Source: Bugula neritina
Lineage: Eukaryota; Animalia; Bryozoa
Direction of reading: 5' to 3'
DNA length: 64,000 nucleotides
Assembly: GCA_964035545.1 (NCBI GenBank)
Contig: OZ037765.1
Coordinates: 5,838,698 to 5,902,697, forward strand
Shown: positions 54,501-64,000 of the stretch, piece after piece
How the letters are laid out: each line of letters begins with the position of its first letter
Position numbering within the stretch: the stretch's first letter is position 1
The notes under the pieces: generated by a model
Told to the model about the DNA's origin: nothing
Database searches by the model: none
Seen by the model: only the letters and a program-made list of their open reading frames with translations
Translations under genes and position numbers: made by a program

Positions 54501-57500
54501 TTTGTTATTCAGAATTATAATAGCATTCCATTATTATTTTAGCAGAAATAAGTTCAGTTTGCTTAGTGAATTGTGTTGATCTACATTAGCTTGAGTACAA
54601 TTATTCTGTGCTTACTGTTATGCTAACACTTTAGTCTGGATGTTGAGGTTGTCATTCATGCATGGCCTGCACTACCTTAGCTGGTAACAACGTTATGAAA
54701 AAACTGCAAGTTACATTTATGATGCAGTTTATGTTTTTAAAAAAGCTACTTTTTGTTGCGTTGCTTTACTTGGCTATGTACATGTGACTCATACAGCTGT
54801 ATTTTCTGAAACTCTGTAACCACACATGTTGGCCTTTTGTTATTATTCCAAAAAATCGAACCATGACTTTCATTTGTGATTGTGGGTGCATCTCTTACAC
54901 CTCCTACTTTAGATTGGAGATTTGAGTGGAAAACACGGCTTCTTAACTGGACTAACCAGCATCAATGAGGTCTACACGGACTTGTATCTGCCTCTGTTTG
55001 GTGAACACAGCATTGTGGGGCGCTCCATTGTAATACATTCACCAGGAGGGAATAGATGGATGTGTGCCAACATTGGATATCCTGGACCAGTTACTGTTGC
55101 TAAAGCAGAGTTTAATGGAGATGTTGAAGGTAAAATTCTACTGCAATATTATAGTCTTTAACACAGAGTTATGCTCTCTCTTTATGCTCAAAATTAGGCT
55201 GAAATTGAGCTCTCTGACCACGGTAAGGTAGTTAGGCTGTCTGTCATTATGCAAGGCTCATAACTCCTATAGTTGCTTAAGCTCTTTGACTTAAATTCAC
55301 AGCTTTGTAAATATACTCGGGTTGAAAAAATATTTTTTTATTTCCAAAGTGTGGGTCGTGGTACTCTGTTCTGTGCTGAAGGGGGGGGAGCAAACTTCAA
55401 AGCAGCTGCTGCACATAAAATAAGTTATTGTTACTACCTGCGTGTTACCTCACACATAGTTAACCTGTTAAATGTTAGACAATTCTATTCTCTACCTACA
55501 GGCACCATAACATTTGTCCAAGAAGAGAACAAGCCATGGGCTGACACTGCACTATTCATTGAGATGTCAGATGCAGGGGAGACAATTGAGGAAACTTTAA
55601 ATCACAATTATCACATTCATACAAACCCTGTTGGTGATGACTATCTGACCGACTCTGGCAGGTGTGCCTCCACTGGTGGTCACTGGAATCCATTTGATGC
55701 TCCCATAAACAGTAAGTGTTTGTCGTTGTTCATATTCTTTAAAACTGGGGACAATAATTTACTGACAATATGAAACTCTAAAGCTTTGTACCAGCTGCTC
55801 TATTCGTTTACAATACTAACCATATAAATTACCAAACAGCGTGCCCAGAGTCTAAGTCGCACTAGTGAGCATTCATTGCTGCTACTAGTTAGCCATTGGT
55901 TTATTGTGTGCTACGTCACAGCTACCTGAATATAATATTATACTGATTTATTTAGTAGTTCAGCATTCAAATTGTTGGATGTGCGTCTGTGGCTAAGCTT
56001 GTCTACATGCCTTTACTATCTACTACTCAGTATTATTATTTACTCAAAGAAATTATATGACATATGGTACACAATAAACTAGCAACTAGCAACAAAAGTA
56101 GCAATTAACGCTTTTTTTCAGCTGTAGTGGGAGCAGGGTATTAAAAGCTCTCCAGTGGTTCATACCTGGCAGCATTTTTAAATCTTGTAGATTCCGCTGT
56201 ATACAAGCCAACCTGTGCTGCCAATAGACTGGGCTGTGAAGTAGGAGATCTCAGCAACAAATATAATGAGACAATAAACATAGCAGCAGGTCTAACTTCT
56301 GCCAAGTACTTCTATACAGATAATATTCCTCTGTCTGGTGCCTACTCTGTTATAAAGAGATCTGTTACCATCCACCAACAGCAGAAAGCTGCAGCCAGAT
56401 ATGTCTGTGCGGACATTGTCAAGAAGGTGAGCTGTATAGTGATTAACATTTTCATCTATTATATTATATACACATATTTACTGCTTACTAATATTGTTGT
56501 TAACTCTGTTCTTTTAGCTGACACCAGTGATAACAACAGAGAACAGGTGGCACGGAGCTGAAAGTTCTGACACTACAACTGGTAAAGTTATGATGTCATC
56601 AACTGGACTCAACTCTGCTCCAACTTCTCTTTCAGTAAATCTGTTTAAATTGGACCAATTAGCTGGAGGATACCATATTCACATCTTGCCTCTGAACTCC
56701 ATATCTTCTGAGAGTAACATCTGTAGCACAACCAGCGGTCACTACAACCCACTGGGTATGAAGTTTATACCAATTTTTTTTTAGAGAAAAGGGCATTAGT
56801 TGAACAGAAATTGTTAGATATTTTGCAAAAATTTAATTAAAAGTCTTCAAGATTCATTTCATATTTTTAGCATAAATATTTAAATAACTGATTTTGTTTT
56901 TTCTAAAAGTTTTGTTTTTTTATGTTGTTCAGTTTTTCATTCTATGAAAAGTTGAAGCTACACATTTTATTCTAATTCCATCAGGAATATGGCAGTCTCT
57001 GTATCCTCAATTTCTTCATTATTCCAGGTGCAGCTATACTGGACACAGGAGATTCCCTGGATCATTACGAGATAGGAGACTTGTCTAACAAGTTTGGTGC
57101 ACTGAATAAGCTAGACAGTTATAGCAAAGAGGTGTGTAGTATTACTATTGGTAACTTTTCTTATGTCTAAACAAGACTGCTTCTACTATTTTAATTTGCT
57201 TGTATTTCTGCTTATGTTTGGTTAATTGATAAATATCTCATTCTGTTTTGTAATTTGTTGGTTCTATGTCTGCTATATTACTTTTAGTTACAATAATTTT
57301 TCCTATGCTTAATCATTTGTGCTTGATGATAAATATATACATCTCACAATGTACTGAGTATATGTTTAGCCTATTAAATACATTCAAATGTAGTTCAGTT
57401 CTTCTATATGACTGCTGTATTATATTCCAATGTATAATATCTGTAGGCTATGGATACTAATCTACCTCTGAGTGGTGCATACTCAGTAGCTGGTAGGAGC

Positions 57501-60500
57501 GTTGTCATACACGAATCGTCATCTGCCAGGTGGAAATGTACAAACTTAGTCTGGGATACTCAGGCTATGAATGGAACTCTGCTTCAGGCAAGGGCAGAGT
57601 TCAATGGTGATATTCAAGGTCATATTATGTTGGTAAGTTATTGACATATTTTAAGATGAATTTTTCAACTAGAGACATTCTTTTGATTTGCTGTATAGAA
57701 AATCTTTGGTAAATTTATAGAAGCAGTTGAACATTTCATGCTTTTAAATTTTCTAGAACTTTGCTGTAGAGGCGCGCCCACACTGAGTCATTTTTCTGAA
57801 AATTATGCACGTCTTGGGCCATCTTTTGACGCTGATCATTGTTAGAAAACAGGCGTAGCAAAAAATGCATTTTTTTAAAAACTTGCTGGTAATATGATTT
57901 ACTGAAGTTTTTTATTTCCGTTAAATGCACGAACTTTTTCCAGAAAGAAACGCCTCATCATTTTCTGGATATGTTATATTCTGTTTATTTTTGCGACAGT
58001 CAACACTCTTTTTCCCCAAGGCATGCAGACTAGCCTTGAATATAATAGTGTGTATTCTCAAAGTACACAACCAACAAACCAATGACCTCTATGTAATCTA
58101 CAGTATATGGTTTTGTTAGTCACAAGTCGTAACATCAGAGGGAGAAAGTGATGTCACTGTAGAAGTTATGCTGTGGAATGAGATTGGCCGAGCTACGTCC
58201 AATCACAATTGGCACGTACATGTCACGCCGGTGGTGCAACAGGATTGTCAGACGACTGGTCCACATTACAACCCTTTTCTAAAGGATACTAGTGCCCCGG
58301 TAAATAGAGTATTAGTAGTTGGCTTAGTTATGCAATATCCACATGTTCCTGTAACTCTGTAAAATTAGTTTGCGGTTGTGTGGTTAAAAACTTTATGTTT
58401 TTACAATTATTGAAATACAGTTGGTTATCTGAAGTTGTCTACCCTCATTTTACTTTATTCTAAAACCGGTACAACTTCATTATTTTGTAGCTGTTGTCTA
58501 TAAATTGAAAAATGGCATTGAGCATGACTAGCCTGCTTAGGATAGCCATTTTATTAGTATGCAGTTTATTTCACTAGACATATAACAGATTTGTATGTTT
58601 GGTCATGCGGTTTTTACCTGTTCCAAGTTTATTAACTATAATTATAATTATTTAAATTTTATTTTTCAATGTACAATTGCATTATTTATGCTATAATTAT
58701 GTTGTTTACATGTTAACAGAGTTACAAGTCTGATTGTGGCCCACAAACGCCGAGGAAATGTGAAGTGGGAGACATGTCTGGCAAATTTCAGCCAGTAAAC
58801 ATCGGCAGTAAAAGCTCTCCCACCAGATATCTTTTTAACGACAACTTCTTATCACTAACTGGGAAATTCTCAGGTGATCAAGTTAAAAATAAAAACAATT
58901 TCAAAAACTGTGACTGGGCTTCAAGTTTAAAACACTTGGTAAATACATAACGACTCTGCTTCAAATTTTATGTTTCTTTTACACAGTAATGGGCAGGTCC
59001 ATAGTGATCCATGCTGCTAACCGGGGCAGTTCAAGGGTGGCCTGTGCAGACCTCGTACCGTTTGGCGTATCAGCTCATGTGATCCAGTTCTATGTTAAAA
59101 CAGCTGATGGTACTACTGGGTAAGTTCTATATCAAACCGTGCCCTCTTTCTGGAGGTAGATACTTAATAGCCTACCTATTTTTAACTTTAGTATCTTTTT
59201 AAATATTTTGCCTTTGTAATAGGCCTGTCTTTGGACCAATAACTAAATGCAGGTAAACCTGTGATTAATTTTTATTTCCGTAACTATAACTTATATAGAA
59301 AAACTTGAATAAATTTGTACATTATCACTGGTACCACTTTATGGCTCAGAACTTGTGTGTTGACTAGTTGCTGACCTTTGGTTTACACTGCGAGTTTCCG
59401 TATCAACTTTTAGTCGGTAAACTGAAATACAATTTCTGTAGCTAATCAAATCTTTAGCAGCTATAATAGCATGATAGCATGTAGTTCTAAATTGATGAGT
59501 TAATATAAATAACTTTTTCAGTTTACAGACTCCATTTGCTAAAAGGTATATACAACTTTTATGTAATATAATCATGCAACATTCAGAATATTGTGGGAAA
59601 GACAACTCATAGTTGTGCCTAAATTACATGAGCGTTTACTTTTAGCTGTGTTGTGTATTTGTATAGACAAATGATAGCCGACGCTATTGAGAGTCAAATT
59701 AATATTGATGCCTACAATCATGTGTATGTAAAGTTGGGAGCTGAAAGGGGCATCTGTACTGCTGTCAGCGTGCACTTTGCAGGTCAGTGTGAGTCAGCGA
59801 TTACATGCTGTCAGTTTCTTCTCACTCATAACAATCTACATATTCTGAGCATAGCAAGACTAGAGGTGCTTTTAGATTAAATGAAACTCCTGAGTCAAAT
59901 GGACGAATAATTCTTGTACTTTCAGCTATTGGAAACCATTATTTAGACACTAAATAACATAATTTTAAGTTAATTTTGAAATATTAATTTTCTCAATGCA
60001 TTTCTCTATTTCAAACACAAAAAGGAACTTGTAAAGTAGCTGCTGCTGATGAAATTTCTGCATTATAATTAAAATGAACCATTGATAACTTCAGTCAGTA
60101 ACAGTCTTTGGATAGAAAGCTGTACAAGAGATAGGTTTAATGAACGTAGGTCAGCTTAAATGTGATTATTTATAAGCCTGATCTCTGATTAACAAGCTGT
60201 TATGTGTAGAAATTCTAAAGTGTCTTAGATCAAGAATGTGTTGTGTTCACACACAATATAAGAATGACATTAAACACTCACTGTGTTATGGTAAACTAAT
60301 AGTGAAAAAAGCAGTAGTGTAAAACTTTTATTTCTTGCATATTTTACTTTTAAAAGCTTTTTATTTACAAAATTATGTCTTATTCAAACTGCGGTTGTAT
60401 AGAATATTTAGTATTTACTTTTAAACATACATAGTACTAGCTTACCTGTACTTTGCTTTCCTGAAAATAAACATTGTTTTTTGCATACAGGTGTTAAGAC

Positions 60501-62075
60501 ATTAGTGTTATTCATTTAAATAGTTGCTTTGGCAATCTTTTATTATAGATTTATTATAAGCTAATGTACTACTATGATTTCCTAATCATACTGATTGTAG
60601 AGAATGCAAAATGCCTCTGCTTGGTTTTTATTTTACACTATGATATGTAAAGCAATTTTCCCCTAGTTTTCTGCACTTAAAGCTATTATCCCAAACCTTA
60701 TATTCAGGTGAGAAAGCCAAAGAATATCAACAAAAGTTTAGTACCAAAAGTCTGCAACCACCTTACAGGTCTATACACACAGACACTTGCAACAAAGGTT
60801 AGTTAGATGGACTCTCATTCTTTCAAGTTTCTAGACAAGCTTAGAGAATATTTAACATATCCTTGGTATACACAATAAGTAGTCTATAATAATATGCTAT
60901 TGTGCCTACATGAATTTTGGGCTTTGACTTGAGGTATTGTGTTGAAACTCTCTGCTTACATGTACCTTAGATATTTTTAAAATATGTTTTAATTAAAATA
61001 ATTATATGATGTTCGGATAAAGTTGACATAAATTTCAATTTTACTACTACATGCATGAAATCAAAGCATATTTTGCCTCTCTGCAGGCAGTTAAAAATTT
61101 ATTTTTTGGTAGTTGTGCTCTCACTTTTACATATAGCATACAACTCCAAATTTTCTCTGGTAAAGAGTGTAACTTCAAAAGCGGCTTATTTTTCCGTGCT
61201 TCTAAATTTTTCCAAGTCTTACAATAGCACATCCACATTAAATTAATAAAAAGCAGTATATTTTGATGCGTACCTCTGTTAGCTTTTGTTGACTGTAAAC
61301 CAACAACACTGACTTCTAACACTTATTTGACTAAGCCTCCTTTAATTTTATGTAATTACTTTGTTGCTTTCAAAAATTGCAATCAATAAATTTTTGTCTT
61401 ACAATACTTTATAAACTAATTGCTTTAAATAACTTATGTATACACAGTTGTTTGTGTAGCACACTTTAAATACATACATTCATGTGACTGTATATGATAT
61501 ATGATAACTCCAACATTTATTATGGGTTTATTAATACTTCTTGAAATAGCTATAATATCTCCGTTCCATCTGTAGTTTAGATCTTAGCTCCGTCTTCCAG
61601 TTTAAAATAAAACTATTTTATACTTATAAAAGCAGCTAACTGGAGGATTTGTAAATTAAAAATTAAATTCAATATATGACTCATCAATTACTCAGTTAAT
61701 ATATACAAGTGATTACGTTCAAGTCTGTATTCAGTAATCCAGGGACCTATTATATATAATCATGCATTGTGTACCTAAACTTCAAATACTTCAAATACCC
61801 TGCTCTGCTTGCGTAACATTCCTACCACATCAATTAGACTCTATTTAGGTCACCTAGTTATTTAGGAAAGTTCGCATTGTTGAAAACATTAACTTAACAT
61901 TTAATTTCTTGGCTTATATTTCAAATACATACAGTTGGATGCAACTACTGTCAAGTTGATATTTTGCAATTCTAAATTTACATTTTAATTTTGTTGTATT
62001 TTTATTTTAGCAGCTATTGGGACAGCAGTGTCTATTCTCCTGATGGTGCTATCCTTGATCAACCTTTTCTTATAA
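39503..62075 (+). CDS. Double-length copper-only SOD repeat protein (CSRP/Rsod-like); signal peptide plus GPI-type tail, 36 exons, about 1,950 aa
   Basis: Leader exon 39503-39551 (MDWRIVSSCVYLLISIG/IVRC). Unit 1 is 17 exons (39789-51373), unit 2 is 17 exons (51729-60797), and the tail exon is 62011-62075 (AAIGTAVSILLMVLSLINLFL*). Each unit has four domains with HxH..C..(G/P)H(F/W/Y)NP..ExGD(L/M)SxK..RSxxIH..RxxC and lacks the two Zn-only His, which is the Cu-only SOD signature. All junctions are GT-AG and in frame. Confidence 0.85.
41565..41668. repeat. 13-bp tandem repeat (GTCACATTAACTA), about 8 copies
   Basis: Seen directly; intronic. Confidence 0.95.
49564..49669 (-). mobile_element. tRNA-derived short interspersed element, copy 2
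   Basis: Minus strand: TGGTCTAATGG..GCTTGCAAGCCAG..GGTTCGATTCC. Aligns end to end with 25263-25367. Confidence 0.75.
50107..50190. repeat. 32-bp tandem repeat, about 2.6 copies
   Basis: ATGAGAACA recurs at 50107, 50139 and 50171. Confidence 0.8.
51729..60797 (+). other. SOD-repeat unit 2, with the same 17-exon structure and intron phases as unit 1
   Basis: Exons start at about 51729, 52321, 52779, 53252, 53650, 53948, 54913, 55502, 56191, 56518, 57029, 57447, 58120, 58720, 58987, 59667 and 60708 (ends 60797). Each corresponds one-to-one with a unit-1 exon. Confidence 0.92.
52986..53090 (-). mobile_element. tRNA-derived short interspersed element, copy 3
   Basis: Minus strand: TGGTGTAATTG..TGCAAGCCGG..AGTTCGAATCT. 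Shares flanks with copies 1 and 2. Confidence 0.7.
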
Positions 62076-62763
62076 TATAGTAGATAACTAGATCTCAAAG
62101 ATAGTAATTCAGCATATATAATCCATGTACTAAATTTAGTATTTTTTACTTTTTCAAGTTTATTATAATCTTTTTGTTTGTTTATTGTTACAAAACTTTT
62201 ACTAATCACAAATAAAGCTTTGCTTTAAAAAGTATTTTCTTGTTTTCTAATAAATGTGTATGTTTTATTTAAAGCTATCAAGAAACTTTTATATATTTGT
62301 AATATTATACTTCATGAGTACAATTATTATATTTGATTAACTTCCATTGGCTGACAGACTGTAATGGTGTCCTTAAATCTCTACAGTTATGGAGGAAAAA
62401 TGCACATTCAATCATTGTTTTTTTTTACCTTTTAATTAAGATAAGCTTGTTTCACAAATGTTACTACCAATTTGTTTCAACTTCTGTGATTGGTTAATTC
62501 AGTCTCCACCAGTGCATGCAAAAAGTGTCATTTCACATACACTAAATTTAACATTTTTCCACGGTATTTAATAATAAACCAATAAGAAGAAAGGTTAAAG
62601 GTTATTTCATAGTACATAACCAGAGTAATTTAATTAGTTGTGTTTGTAATAATTACACACTCTACTTATTTGGTATTGAAAGAGAGAATCTCTCAATAAG
62701 CAACAAAGTAGTTTTTGCACTATACTGGAGTACTGTTTATCTTATCTGCATAAAAGAGAAGCT

Positions 62764-63802
62764 ATGAGTTGGATATTTCCTTTCCTCTTTTGTACACTTG
62801 TGTTGAGTCAAGGTAAGATTAAATCATATGGTGCTACATATAATACCTGTCCCATTGCATTTTCAAGTGTTGCAGTGTTTTTTTTAGGGTAAGGAATTGT
62901 TTTTATTCATGGAATAGTGAGAAAAGTTGGTGCTCCTCAAAATTTTAAATGCACAGACGATATTTTTATACTATTTTATAATCAAATATCATGTGTAAAA
63001 CTTCATAATTGACGACCTTTATATTCTATTCAAAGTGCAATTTTTATTTTATTATATTTATTTTTTAGAAGTAAGAAGTCAGAATATTCGTCCAAATTTT
63101 CAGCCAGCTGGACAAAACTTCCGACCAGCTGGACAAAGTTTTCAGTCTTTTGGCCAAAACCTTCAACCTAATGGACAGAACTTTCAGCAAAATGGACAAA
63201 GCTTTCAGCAAAATGGACAGAACTTTCAGCAAATCGGGCAAAATTTCCAACAAAGTAATCAAAACATCGGACAAAATGATATTCGAGCTTTCTTCAGCAT
63301 GGCAGGTGTAGCAGGAGATATTGAGTTTAGACCAGCTGGTTTCAACCAAACCCGAGCAATTATCAGTATTACTACTTCTCAATGGTTTCGCTGGGAGATT
63401 CGAGAGTTTCCAGTCATGACTACGGAGAAAAATGCTTGCGACGATATAAAACTTGGCAGAGTGTAAGTAATATTAAAAATTAAAAACTTTTTTAGTATCA
63501 ATGTTGTTGAACTAATGTAGTTTTATAATATCTTTTATCTAAGTTTGAGAAAAAAATTTAATCATATGATAAATTCCTTTCAAAGTCTTCAATTAATATA
63601 GCAAATTATTTTAAATGAAAAGTTAAATATTATAAGATACCAATAGGTTCAAATTAGCTGACAAATCTAGATCATTCTTTAATGTTTTATAGTATCCGGG
63701 ACTTATCAACATTTCTAAATGTAATAGACAGTAGAGTTCGCCAAGGAGAAACTGTGGACTTAAGAGGGGTGTCCCTAACAGAAGGAACTAATGCTATTCT
63801 TG
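62764..63802 (+). CDS. Second SOD-repeat paralogue, 3'-partial, with a Q/N-rich N-terminal repeat
   Basis: Exon 62764-62812 (MSWIFPFLFCTLVLSQ, signal peptide), exon 63069-63462 (EVRSQ..IRAFFSMAGVAGDIEF..WEIREFPVMTT..C..LGRV) and exon 63693-63802 (IRDLSTFL..NAILG). Homologous to the first exons of units 1 and 2, with the same phases. Confidence 0.88.
63095..63262 (+). repeat. Coding 21-bp repeat, 8 copies, encoding (N/S)FQxxGQ heptads
   Basis: NFQPAGQ NFRPAGQ SFQSFGQ NLQPNGQ NFQQNGQ SFQQNGQ NFQQIGQ NFQQSNQ. Confidence 0.92.
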
Positions 63803-64000
63803 GTAACATATTTTATTCTATGAGTTGATTAGAAAATTAAAGAGCATTTACATATTTCCTCTTTAATAAACTAAAACAGATCTGTTCATTACACATCTTC
63901 TCAAAATACAACATAAATTACAACCATATTTATTTAAATTATCGCTCACTAAGATATTGCTGCTATAATACTATATTTGCTAGGTTTGTGTGAAATGCTT

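Noticed and set aside
57736-58030. CpG-richer intronic stretch as a MITE
   Set aside because: Only a 5-6 bp inverted match at the ends (CATGC/GCATG) and no clear TSD; it may be a repeat fragment but I cannot support a call.
46961-61684. Several TGACTCA (AP-1/ARE-like) sites around the SOD genes
   Set aside because: A 7-mer is expected several times by chance in 64 kb, it also occurs elsewhere in the window, and enrichment cannot be shown by eye.
852-63382. Many short ORFs in the track (e.g. 852-1250, 8549-8749, 27085-27366, 46345-46662, 52800-53150, 63065-63382)
   Set aside because: They are antisense or off-frame shadows of real exons, MITE sequence, or AT-rich intron ORFs with no recognisable protein features.

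Overview
AT-rich, intron-dense invertebrate (metazoan) genomic DNA; nothing here looks prokaryotic. All gene models were spliced by eye using GT-AG rules and exon phase. (1) The 3' part of a kinesin-4 gene of the KIF27/KIF7 type (+, 23 exons, 764-19222) carries one in-frame TAG in an otherwise intact coiled-coil exon. (2) An uncharacterised 187-aa gene (-). (3) UTP23 (-, 3 coding exons). (4) A secreted Cys-rich protein (+, 26208-37527) built largely from a recently expanded array of phase-1/1 exons, each encoding an 8-Cys EB/EGF-like module. (5) A cluster of copper-only-SOD-repeat genes. The first (39503-62075) has one signal-peptide exon and one GPI-type tail exon but two complete 17-exon units joined in frame (8 intact Cu-only SOD domains plus 4 His-less SOD-like domains), with patchy near-identity between the units. 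A second paralogue starts at 62764 with a Q/N-rich heptad insert and runs off the window. Also present: a Harbinger-like MITE, tRNA-derived elements, a probable Penelope remnant and several minisatellites. The doubled, phase-symmetric SOD-repeat locus is the most interesting system; the kinesin UAG and the Cys-module exon array come next.
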